Of a stretch of 41,434 nt of DNA, positions 1 through 8,026 are shown piece by piece. The translations under genes were made by a program, and so were the position numbers. The stretch's first letter is position 1. Each line of letters begins with the position of its first letter. Source of the DNA: a bacterium (lineage in GTDB: Bacteria > Babelota > Babeliae > Babelales > CAIQNR01); contig CANNBR010000001.1 of assembly GCA_947502805.1 (NCBI GenBank), forward strand, positions 1-41,434. Direction: 5' to 3'. Below the pieces are notes generated by a model. The model saw only the letters and a program-made list of their open reading frames with translations, had not been told where the DNA came from and searched no databases.

Positions 1-192
1 GCAGTTCTTTTTATGGGAGGTATTCAGCTTTCTGTGATGGGTATTATTGGAGAATATTTGGGACGACTGTACATAGAAGTGAAAAAGCGCCCTCTGTATG
101 TAATTCGTGATTTTTTTAATGCGGATTCTCTTTCAGGAGAACTTCCCCTTTTTAAGCAAGAAGAGTTATATGGTAAACAATTTTTTCGTTGA
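1..192 (+). CDS. C-terminal fragment of a GT2 polyprenyl-phosphate glycosyltransferase (ArnC/GtrB-like); 5' end lies outside the window
   Basis: Frame 1 is open from base 1 to TGA at 190-192: [37 protein letters not shown]... This is the same TM plus GEYxGRxY..RPLY tail as the complete GT2 at 2806-3750. Confidence 0.7.
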   Translation, partial: AVLFMGGIQLSVMGIIGEYLGRLYIEVKKRPLYVIRDFFNADSLSGELPLFKQEELYGKQFFR

Positions 193-904
193 TCATTTTG
201 ATTCTAAACTCTTGGAACTCAATGTTGCCAAAGTTATTCCAGTACCATCTGTTGATCATTCTTTTTTTGATCAAGCAGAACTGTTTTTTGTTCAAGAAAA
301 TATAGGGCTTGTTTTTTGTTCAGTCCCTTGTGATGTTAAGCTTGGTTTATTACTAAATGAGTATGGCTACTATCTTGTTTCATCCCGGATAGTTTATCGA
401 GCTACTGATGATAGTAGTTTTCATAAAGATAAAAATGACGATTTGCTGGTAACTGAAAATTATCAGTATTCTGAAAGTGATAGTTTTTTAGCTGAAATCA
501 CGTCTGACCTTGCGGCAGTAAGCCATTATGCAAAAGATCCTTTTATAGGATTACAGGGTGCATTAAAGGTGTACCGCCAGTGGATGAAAAATACATTCTT
601 GGGTTACGCACAAAAGGTATTCGTAGCAACTAATGAGCAGAGGCAGTGTGGAGGAATTCTTTCTTTGCGTACGGCAAAAAATGATCTTTTTATTGATTTG
701 CTGGGTGTTCATAGCTCTTTTAGAAATAAACGAATCGCATCGATTCTTTTACGGCAAGCACAAATCTATGCAGAAAGTTTAAAAAAAACGTTACTAGTTG
801 CAACGCAGGTAGAAAATATCCCCGCAAATCGTTTTTATCAGAAAAACAGTTTTTTAGTTGAATCGGTAGAGCATGTGTATCACAAAATTATTACGAGGAA
901 GTAG
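170..904 (+). CDS. GNAT N-acetyltransferase, WecD-like (dTDP-4-amino-4,6-dideoxyhexose acetyltransferase type)
   Basis: The ORF track gives 107-904. I prefer ATG 170 ([10 protein letters not shown]) because 107-192 overlaps the upstream GT2 tail. The C-terminal GNAT core ([68 protein letters not shown]) is laid out like E. coli WecD. Confidence 0.7.
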   Translation: MVNNFFVDHFDSKLLELNVAKVIPVPSVDHSFFDQAELFFVQENIGLVFCSVPCDVKLGLLLNEYGYYLVSSRIVYRATDDSSFHKDKNDDLLVTENYQYSESDSFLAEITSDLAAVSHYAKDPFIGLQGALKVYRQWMKNTFLGYAQKVFVATNEQRQCGGILSLRTAKNDLFIDLLGVHSSFRNKRIASILLRQAQIYAESLKKTLLVATQVENIPANRFYQKNSFLVESVEHVYHKIITRK

Positions 905-906
905 TT

Positions 907-2070
907 ATGAACTCTAAAGAATATCCGATTGATAAAGTCCTTCCTGTTTTTTCAAGTGAAAAAAGAAAAGTAGAATACTTTCGTCACAATCTAGAACAGC
1001 AAGATAAAGCTGAATTGATGAAAGTTTTAGACACTGTTTTTCTTACAACTGGTACCATTACAAAACAGTTTGAAGAAGATTTTGCATGTTATCTTGGTGC
1101 TAAGTATGCAGTAGGGGTTATGTCATGTACTCATGCATTAGAACTCTGTTTGCGTTATTTTGGTATTGGGGAAGGTGATGAAGTTATTACTACTCCTTTG
1201 TCCTATGTTGCCACAGCAAATACCATTGAATTTGTGGGGGCGAAACCAGTCTTTGTTGATGTTGAATGGAAAACTGCAAATATCGATCCAACATTAATAG
1301 AAGCTGCTATTACTCCACGAACAAAAGCGATTATTCCTGTTCATTTATATGGTCAAATGTGCAATATGACCACCATTAAAGAGATAGCTGATCGCCATGG
1401 ATTAATTATCATTGAAGACGCAGCTCATTGTGTTGAAGGAGAGCATCGTGGTGGAAAATCAGCAACTCTTTCCAATGCGGCCTGTTATAGTTTTTATGCA
1501 ACAAAGAATATTACTGCTGGTGAAGGTGGTGCAATAGCAACAAATGATGAAGAGATGCACAAATGGCTGTTGCAAGGGCGAAGCCATGGTATCTCATCAA
1601 GCGCAGCAGATCGTTACACTAAAAAATACCGTCATTATGATATGGAATTTTTGGGTATGAAATCGAACATGACTAATATGCAAGCAGCTCTTTTGATCCA
1701 TCAGGTTGAGCGCATTGAAACATTGCACAAGCGAAGAGAAGTTCTCTTTAATCTGTATGAAACATTATTAACAAAGTTTGAACGTCCTGGCCTTGAAGCT
1801 GATTCTCGGCATGCCTATCACGTGTATTCTGTCTGGGTAAAAAATAGAGATGCGGCCATTGATTTCTTGTATGAACAAGGAGTTGGGGTTGCGGTTCATT
1901 ATCGTCCAACTCATCTTATGTCTTACTACCAAGAAAAGTATGGGTATCAAAAAGGCAACTTCCCTATTGCTGAATACATAGGAGAACACACCCTTTCATT
2001 GCCTCTTTATCCATTATTGTTAGAAGAAGAAGTTGCGTATGTATGCGAAGTTTTACAGAGGCTTTCATGA
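907..2070 (+). CDS. DegT/DnrJ/EryC1/StrS-family sugar aminotransferase (WecE/ArnB-like)
   Basis: 387 aa, starting 3 nt after the GNAT stop. The PLP-lysine context is SFYATKNITAGEGGAI and the family layout is typical (DEVITTPLSYVATAN, IIEDAAHC). Confidence 0.85.
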   Translation: MNSKEYPIDKVLPVFSSEKRKVEYFRHNLEQQDKAELMKVLDTVFLTTGTITKQFEEDFACYLGAKYAVGVMSCTHALELCLRYFGIGEGDEVITTPLSYVATANTIEFVGAKPVFVDVEWKTANIDPTLIEAAITPRTKAIIPVHLYGQMCNMTTIKEIADRHGLIIIEDAAHCVEGEHRGGKSATLSNAACYSFYATKNITAGEGGAIATNDEEMHKWLLQGRSHGISSSAADRYTKKYRHYDMEFLGMKSNMTNMQAALLIHQVERIETLHKRREVLFNLYETLLTKFERPGLEADSRHAYHVYSVWVKNRDAAIDFLYEQGVGVAVHYRPTHLMSYYQEKYGYQKGNFPIAEYIGEHTLSLPLYPLLLEEEVAYVCEVLQRLS

Positions 2071-2801
2071 TTTCTGAATTAGATACAACAACCTTACTTG
2101 CTCGAGCAGAGTATGATCATTGGTGGTTTCAGTCTCGGCGGGCAATTATGGAGCAGCTTTTTTGGAAAACCCTGTCATCCTCTTCTTCTTCAAAAGATAT
2201 AAAAATCCTTTGCGTTGGTTGTGGAACTGGGTCAGAGCTTGAGCACGCAGCGAAATTTGGGCAGGTAACTGGTGTTGATATAGATCCTCAGGTTATTGCG
2301 TTATGTAAAGAAAAAGGGTTGAACGTTATCCAGGCTGATATTTTAGACACATCATTACCGCAAGAAAGTTTTGATGTTGTGATGGCGATGGACGTTATTG
2401 AACACATTGAAGATGATCATAAAACAGTACAAGCATTATCAGCGCTTCTTAAAAAAGGGGGGCATCTTTTGGTGACTGTTCCGGCACTTCAATGTTTGTG
2501 GAGTAGTTTTGATGAAGAGGGAGATTTCCCTCACTTTCGACGCTACACAAAAAAAACATTGAGTACGTTATTGCTTTCGCAGCCTCTAAAACGAGAAAAG
2601 TTAAGTTATTATAATTTTTTTCTTTTCCCAGCAGCATTCTTAGCGCGTAAAGCAAATAGCTCTTTTGCGGCTCAAATGACCGTTCCTTCTGGATGGAAAA
2701 ATAATCTTTTACGAACACTATTTAGTTTTGAAAAATATTTTTTGCCCTGGATGTCGTTTCCTATAGGTGTTTCACTCGTAGCCATTTATAAAAAGCAGTA
2801 G
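2067..2801 (+). CDS. class I SAM-dependent methyltransferase
   Basis: ATG 2067 overlaps the upstream TGA (ATGA). It has motif I ILCVGCGTGSE and DVVMAMDVIEHIED. The ORF track start at 2043 is an alternative. Confidence 0.75.
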   Translation: MISELDTTTLLARAEYDHWWFQSRRAIMEQLFWKTLSSSSSSKDIKILCVGCGTGSELEHAAKFGQVTGVDIDPQVIALCKEKGLNVIQADILDTSLPQESFDVVMAMDVIEHIEDDHKTVQALSALLKKGGHLLVTVPALQCLWSSFDEEGDFPHFRRYTKKTLSTLLLSQPLKREKLSYYNFFLFPAAFLARKANSSFAAQMTVPSGWKNNLLRTLFSFEKYFLPWMSFPIGVSLVAIYKKQ

Positions 2802-2805
2802 TTCT

Positions 2806-3750
2806 ATGAAAAAACTATCCTTTGTTATCCCTGTGTATAACGAAGAAGGGAATCTTCCTGTTCTTTATGAAAAGCTTAAAGCGATTTGTGATCATTTTGC
2901 TCAGAAATATAGTTTTGAGATTCTTTTAGTTGATGATGGAAGCACTGATAGCTCGTGGCAGATTATAAAAGAGCTAGTAAGTAAAGATTCTCGAGTGCGA
3001 GGGTTTTCATTTAGCAGAAACTTTGGGTTTCAAATGACTCTTACTGCTGCGTATGATCACGCACAGGGAGATGCTATTATAGGATTAGATGCTGATCTGC
3101 AAGATCCACCAGAACTGATTTATGAAATGATAGAACGGTGGGAGCAAGGTTTTTATATTGTCTATGCGCGCCGTAGCTCCCGTAATGATGGATTTGTAAA
3201 AGACTTTACCGCTTCGCTTTATTATAAGCTTTTACATTATGTTGCTGACGTTCCTATTCCACAAAATGTGGGGGATTTTAGGCTTATTGATAAGCGAGTA
3301 TTGCAACAAGTAAGGTTGTGTCGTGAACGAGCCCGTTATTTGCGAGGCATTGTTGCATGGACCGGATTTAAACACACTTATGTAGAATTTAAAAGGCCTG
3401 AAAGAGTAGCAGGGGTATCGGGATACAGTTGGTTAAAGCTTTTTAAATTGGCTTTTGATGGTGTAACTGCTTTTTCACTGTTTCCCTTAAGGATAGCAGC
3501 TTTTGTGGGTGTTTTTGTCATTTTTACCGGTTCATTAATGTTTGCTTATATAGCCTTTGATGCTTTTGTTCATGGGGCACGGTACCCCCTTTTTAAATGG
3601 TTAGTAACGGTGGTTTATATTTTTATGGGAGTTCAATTTTTGTTGATGTGGCTCCTTGGTGAATATATTGGACGAATATATGATCAGCAAAAAAACAGAC
3701 CGCTTTATATTATTCAAGAAAGCATAGGAAAAGGTTTTGAGGAGAAATAA
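2806..3750 (+). CDS. GT2 polyprenyl-phosphate glycosyltransferase (ArnC/GtrB/DPM1-like)
   Basis: 314 aa with FVIPVYNEEGNL, VDDGSTDS and DADLQDPPE. These are followed by C-terminal TM helices and GEYIGRIYDQQKNRPLYII. Confidence 0.85.
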   Translation: MKKLSFVIPVYNEEGNLPVLYEKLKAICDHFAQKYSFEILLVDDGSTDSSWQIIKELVSKDSRVRGFSFSRNFGFQMTLTAAYDHAQGDAIIGLDADLQDPPELIYEMIERWEQGFYIVYARRSSRNDGFVKDFTASLYYKLLHYVADVPIPQNVGDFRLIDKRVLQQVRLCRERARYLRGIVAWTGFKHTYVEFKRPERVAGVSGYSWLKLFKLAFDGVTAFSLFPLRIAAFVGVFVIFTGSLMFAYIAFDAFVHGARYPLFKWLVTVVYIFMGVQFLLMWLLGEYIGRIYDQQKNRPLYIIQESIGKGFEEK

Positions 3751-4910
3751 TGGATATAATGCCGTGTCGTTTGGAACTTTTTAATGAAACCATCGCTGCT
3801 TTCAAAGCAACGGGTGTACTTTTACTGCGAATCCTTAATGGAATGCTTGCTCCTTTAGAACAGGGGTATGGCGGAGATCCTGAGATCTATCCTTTTGTCC
3901 CCGTACTGGTTGATTGGTTTCACCTTTCTTTGGATCAGGCTATTTGGTGGACGTATGCAGTCTTTATCGGTCTAGGTAGTGCAATAGCGATTACTGGGTT
4001 TTTGAGGCTGTGCACAGATTGGGTAAGTCGAACTATTACAGTTATTGGTGTGCTTGGAGTTGGGGCTGTTTGTTATGTTGTGTATGACATTTACTTAGTT
4101 TCATTTTTTGCTCTTTGCTTTGTTCCATGGCTTTTTGCATTGCTTTCAGAGAAGAAGATTTTGCCTTTAGCTTTGTATTGCCTGATCGCTGGATTTGTAA
4201 TGGTTGGTGTTAATTTTTTGCGACTTCATACGGCTACTGCGCTAGGGCTTGTGGTTGTGACTACGGTAGTGCTGTATTACAGGTGGTCGGTGCGAGCAGT
4301 AGTTTTATTGTTGTGCTTTGGGTTGGGAGCAGGGGTAACTTTTTGGGGAATTCAGAAATCTCTTGAAAGTAGAAATGCCTATCTTGATACTCATGGCATT
4401 GAGCATGGTTCCACTCGAGTATCACACACATTTTGGCATAATATTTACGCAGGTCTCGGTTTTGTAACAAATGATTACGGTCTTTATTATAGCGATAGTT
4501 GCTCTGTTTATAAGGTAAGAGAGGTCGCTCCAGAGGCAGTCTATCTTTCTGATGAGTATGAAAATACTTTACGTGATGAGATTATAAAGCTTTGTAAAAC
4601 GCATCCTCAATTTGTACTCAAGACCCTTTTTGCAAAGTGCGGAATCTTACTTTACTACTTGCTAATGTTTGCCAACATTGGGTTATTGTGCGCATGGTTT
4701 TATCGCAAGCCTTGGTATTTAGAAATTCCGTATTGGTTTGCTTTATGGTTTAGCGCGCTCCCTGGGGTAGTAACCGTTCCCGTAGCCCCTTACCTCACCG
4801 GTTTTTTTACCGCGGCAACGTTCTACGGGATCCATTCAATCATTTGGGCGCTTCAACATGGGTTGTATGATAAAATTGCCTTACGTATTCGCCGATTAAT
4901 GAGTAAATAA
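3750..4910 (+). CDS. polytopic inner-membrane protein of unknown family (candidate GT-C-like glycan transferase or polymerase by context)
   Basis: 386 aa, hydrophobic helices throughout, and the start overlaps the GT2 stop by 1 nt. I can name no diagnostic motif, so the functional guess rests on context only. Confidence 0.5.
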   Translation: MDIMPCRLELFNETIAAFKATGVLLLRILNGMLAPLEQGYGGDPEIYPFVPVLVDWFHLSLDQAIWWTYAVFIGLGSAIAITGFLRLCTDWVSRTITVIGVLGVGAVCYVVYDIYLVSFFALCFVPWLFALLSEKKILPLALYCLIAGFVMVGVNFLRLHTATALGLVVVTTVVLYYRWSVRAVVLLLCFGLGAGVTFWGIQKSLESRNAYLDTHGIEHGSTRVSHTFWHNIYAGLGFVTNDYGLYYSDSCSVYKVREVAPEAVYLSDEYENTLRDEIIKLCKTHPQFVLKTLFAKCGILLYYLLMFANIGLLCAWFYRKPWYLEIPYWFALWFSALPGVVTVPVAPYLTGFFTAATFYGIHSIIWALQHGLYDKIALRIRRLMSK

Positions 4911-4918
4911 AAAGTCCT

Positions 4919-5172
4919 GTCATCCCCAGAGAGCGAAGTCGCAGCAGTGCAAAGCACTGGCTAGACTGAGTGAACGGTATGGGGACCCAGACGTAACTAG
5001 AAAAAATCATAATTTTTTTAATCTTAAAATCAAAGATGGTTAATCTGTGCTAAACGGTGCAAATAGAATGTTTTGAATTATGAGGACTTTGTCTTGTTAC
5101 GTCTGGATTCCCGTACCGTTCAGTCGCTTGTCCGCGCATTCGCACGTGACAATCTCCTTCTCTGGGAATGAC
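4919..5172. repeat. MITE-like nested palindromic repeat, type A, full copy (A1)
   Basis: The left arm is 4919-4997 (gtcatccccagagagcgaagtcgcagcagtgcaaagcactgg...ccagacgtaac) and the right arm is 5096-5172 (gttacgtctgg...ctctgggaatgac). They are imperfect inverted copies around an AT-rich core. The left arm is about 57% G+C by my count (45/79), far above its flanks. Its apical hairpin is cagtgc-aaa-gcactg. Confidence 0.85.
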
Positions 5173-5188
5173 TTCGAGAAAAATGAGA

Positions 5189-5887
5189 TTATTTGTTCGA
5201 CGTCTCTTTCTTTAAAAAAGTAGCGTAAAGCCCGCCAAGAGGTACTTTTGTTAGGAATTTTTCGGTGCATCTAAATCCACGCAAAAAGTGGGGGAAAAAG
5301 CTGTAAAACTTGAGCGTTGGCGAGCCATATTCTTTTAAAAGATTGCGTGCATATAAAGGGTTGAGCATCTTTGCATTCTTTTCAATAGGGCACGTATTAA
5401 AAATGTACTGTGTTCCTGGGTTAAAAGGATTGAGTTCAAAAAGTATCAACACCCCATTTTTACTGAGGACTCTATGAAGGTCTTGAATGTACCCGGCATG
5501 TTCGGCAAAAGGAATGTGATGGAAAACTCCTGCTGCAAAAATCACATCGAACTGTTCATCTTTAAAACACGAAACATCAGCTCCTGAAACTTTAAAGGTG
5601 ATGTCGGGATGATTTTTTTGTGCAACTTTAATGCTTTCTGGTGAAGGGTCGCAGCCAAAGAGTTTAGTTTTTGGAAACTGTTTTTGTACTTTTTCTGTCA
5701 TCAAGCCATCGCCGCATCCAAAATCAAGAATGGTTTTTGGAACACCTTTAAAAAATTCAGGCAACCATTCAGCAGGTTTTTGAGTTTTTTAGACGGTAAA
5801 AAACTCACTTGATTCTCCTGTTGCATTGAGGTAATTATCTTGGTCTTTTCGATATTCTTTTATGTAATCGTCAAATTCTGCTTTCAT
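5189..5887 (-). pseudogene. class I SAM-dependent methyltransferase interrupted by an in-frame TAA
   Basis: ATG at 5887-5885 follows a strong RBS (aaggagaactcATG) and opens MKAEFDDYIKEYRKDQDNYLNATGESSEFFTV. A TAA at 5791-5789 is followed in the same frame by KTQKPAEWLPEFFKGVPKTILDFGCGDG..., which is ORF-track 5189-5764 (a TTG pseudo-start with no RBS). 5887-5764 = 123 = 41 codons, so the two parts are in frame. Confidence 0.7.
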
Positions 5888-5987
5888 GAGTTCTCCTTTT
5901 TTATGGTTAGAAATTATGACTTTTTCTTCACAATCATTCCTAAGTTCTGTTTAGTTTTGAACCCGATCTTTCTATTTTAGGCTTGCG

Positions 5988-6229
5988 CTCGTCGTCCTCA
6001 GCAAGGCGAAAGTCGCAGCGGTGTATTTTAATGCACCGACCAGACGAAGCGAGCGTAAGGATCCAGAAATAAATTACACCAAAGTCATCATAATTTATCT
6101 AAAGAAATGGATTATTCAGGTCATTTCTAAAATGATTTTTGTGCAATTATCCTGGATCCTTACGCTCACTTTGCCTAGACAGGGTACCGCGTACCCTGTC
6201 TAGGCTCTCGTATCGCTGAGGACGACGAG
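5988..6229. repeat. MITE-like nested palindromic repeat, type B, full copy (B1)
   Basis: It has perfect 15-bp termini (ctcgtcgtcctcagc at 5988-6002, gctgaggacgacgag at 6215-6229). It also has a perfect inner 16-bp inverted repeat (gagcgtaaggatccag / ctggatccttacgctc) and an AT-rich core. The termini resemble type A (gtcRtccYcag). Confidence 0.85.
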
Positions 6230-6274
6230 TGGGAGGGCTATGTTAATTTTAAGATAAATTTTTAGGTTGCCTTT

Positions 6275-7519
6275 CTATTTTTCGTACACAGGGAATTTTT
6301 TACATAGTCGGTGCACTTGTTCTGCTAAACTATTAAGCGCATGGATATCGGTTCGTTTTTGTAAAGCATCGTGAATAATCTGCACCACTTCTTCAGTTTC
6401 TTCTTTTTTAAATCCGCGGCTAGTGATAGCAGGGGTTCCAACTCTAAGGCCACTGGTGATCATCGGTTTTTGAGGATCAAACGGAATGCAGTTGCGGTTA
6501 ACTGAGATACCAATGCTTCCAAGAAGTTCTTCAGCTTCTTTGCCGGTGATATTTTTGCTACGCAGGTCAATGACCATTAAATGGTTTTTCGTTGAGCCTG
6601 AAACGATACGGTAGCCAAGGGAAGTAAAAGCATCTGCCATGGTCTGTGCGTTTTTGATAATCTGTTTTTGGTAAGTTTTAAATTCCGGTTGGAGCGCATA
6701 TAAAAAGCCGACCGCTTTGGCTCCGATTTGTTGCATCAATGGTCCACCTTGGAGCCCTGGCATAACTGCTTTATCAAGTCGTTGGGCATATGGTTCTTTA
6801 CACATGACAAGGCCACCGCGAGGTCCACGTAATGTTTTATGGGTGGTACTGCTGACAAAATCCGCATGTTTGATGGGGGAAGGGTGAAGTCCGGTGGCAA
6901 CAAGCCCTGCAATGTGGGCAATGTCGGTCAGTAAGAATGCCCCTACTGATTTGGCAATCGCTGCAAACTTTTCAAAGTCGATGATTTGTGAATACGCAGA
7001 AGCGCCACAGACAATAATCTGCGGCTTATGTTCAAGGGCAAGTTTTTGAATTTCTTCGTAATCAAGATGTTCAGTATCTCGATTAACTCCATAGTTAACA
7101 TTTTTGTAAAAGGTACCGGAAAAATTTATTGGGTATCCATGGGTTAAGTGTCCGCCTGCTGCAAGGTTCATGCCAAGAATAGTATCGCCTGGTTTGAGCG
7201 CTGCAAAATAGACCGCCATGTTTGCCTGTGACCCTGAGTGGGGCTGCACGTTTACATGTTCAGCACCAAAGAGTTGGGCGCAGCGTTGGCGAGCGAGGTC
7301 TTCAACTTCGTCCACATAGACGCATCCACCGTAGTATCGTTTTCCTGGGTAACCTTCTGCGTATTTATTGGTCAAAATGGAGCCGCTTGCTTCAAGCACT
7401 GCAGGCCAGGTGTAATTTTCAGACGCGATAAGGTCTATAGTTGTTTCGAGCCTGTTTGCTTCGTGTTCGATGATTGTTGCTACCGCAGGATCTATGTGGT
7501 TTAGGCTTGTTCTATTCAT
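6275..7519 (-). CDS. glyA: serine hydroxymethyltransferase
   Basis: 414 aa with [33 protein letters not shown] and [12 protein letters not shown]. Confidence 0.95.
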   Translation of the reverse strand: MNRTSLNHIDPAVATIIEHEANRLETTIDLIASENYTWPAVLEASGSILTNKYAEGYPGKRYYGGCVYVDEVEDLARQRCAQLFGAEHVNVQPHSGSQANMAVYFAALKPGDTILGMNLAAGGHLTHGYPINFSGTFYKNVNYGVNRDTEHLDYEEIQKLALEHKPQIIVCGASAYSQIIDFEKFAAIAKSVGAFLLTDIAHIAGLVATGLHPSPIKHADFVSSTTHKTLRGPRGGLVMCKEPYAQRLDKAVMPGLQGGPLMQQIGAKAVGFLYALQPEFKTYQKQIIKNAQTMADAFTSLGYRIVSGSTKNHLMVIDLRSKNITGKEAEELLGSIGISVNRNCIPFDPQKPMITSGLRVGTPAITSRGFKKEETEEVVQIIHDALQKRTDIHALNSLAEQVHRLCKKFPVYEK

Positions 7520-7534
7520 TTTTGACTCCTTTGT

Positions 7535-7577
7535 GTCATTCCCAGCTTGCTATCGCAAGCAGTAAGGGAATCTTTGG
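7535..7577. repeat. mini-hairpin repeat related to the type A terminus (copy 1)
   Basis: The sequence gtcattcccagcttgctatcgcaagcagtaagggaatctttgg has an attccc/gggaat outer stem and a gcttgc/gcaagc inner stem. Its 5' and 3' ends match 24453-24492. Confidence 0.7.
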
Positions 7578-7605
7578 TACGTCTAAAGAGTTTTTTTCTC
7601 CACCC

Positions 7606-7830
7606 GTCATCCTCAGAGATAGAAGGCGACCAGGCACGTAGTGCAGTGGTTGCCGACTGAACGTACGGGGATCCAGGCGTAACAAGAAGAAATCATAATT
7701 TTTAATCTTAAAAATGGATAGTCCATACAAAAAATAAATAAGAGGACTTTGTTTTGTTACGACTAGGTCCCCGTACGTTCAGTCGATTATCCCGCATTCG
7801 CATGAGATAATCTCCTGTTTCTGGGGATGA
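7606..7830. repeat. MITE-like nested palindromic repeat, type A, full copy (A2)
   Basis: The left arm is 7606-7683 (gtcatcctcagagat...ccaggcgtaac) and the right arm is 7756-7830 (gttacgactagg...tttctggggatga). The right arm aligns closely with the A1 right arm. The core shares aaatcataattttt..aatcttaaaa and gaggactttgtYttgttacg with A1. Confidence 0.85.
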
Positions 7831-7950
7831 TGGTAAAATTTGGATGCTTGTGAAGGATCTTTTTATAAACACAGCGCTAGTCTTCGTGCTTGTTAAAATA
7901 AAGTAACGCTAGCTCGATGACGCCCCTAGGCGTAGATGGGCGATGGACGA

Positions 7951-7978
7951 TTGCTTTTTATGATGAGCGTTTTATACT
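7951..7978 (+). promoter_or_regulatory. candidate sigma70-type promoter for efp-nusB
   Basis: TTGCTT (7951-7956), a 16-nt spacer, then TATACT (7973-7978), about 50 nt upstream of the efp ATG. The efp RBS is aaggag. Confidence 0.4.
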
Positions 7979-8026
7979 GATGGATACGTCTTTTCGCTCA
8001 AAAATTTAAGGTAATAAGGAGACCAG

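Noticed and set aside
4991-5102. The inner arm ends ...acgtAAC / GTTacgt... resemble integron attC core and inverse-core sites (RYYYAAC / GTTRRRY).
   Set aside because: The sequence between them is AT-rich and not palindromic. GTTACGT does not fit GTTRRRY, and no integrase or cassette organisation is present.
5789-5791. The in-frame TAA in the methyltransferase could be evidence of stop-codon reassignment.
   Set aside because: TAA clearly terminates many well-conserved genes here at their expected ends (for example efp at 8585-8587 and the membrane protein at 4908-4910). TAG and TGA also act as stops, so the standard code applies.
6021-6203. ORF-track ORFs lie inside the repeats (6021-6203 +, 7536-7730 -), and an N-terminal extension at 39043-39078 is also listed.
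   Set aside because: They lie wholly within palindromic repeat sequence, lack an RBS, and their peptides merely reflect the repeat. The hydrolase has a good ATG at 39079 outside the repeat.
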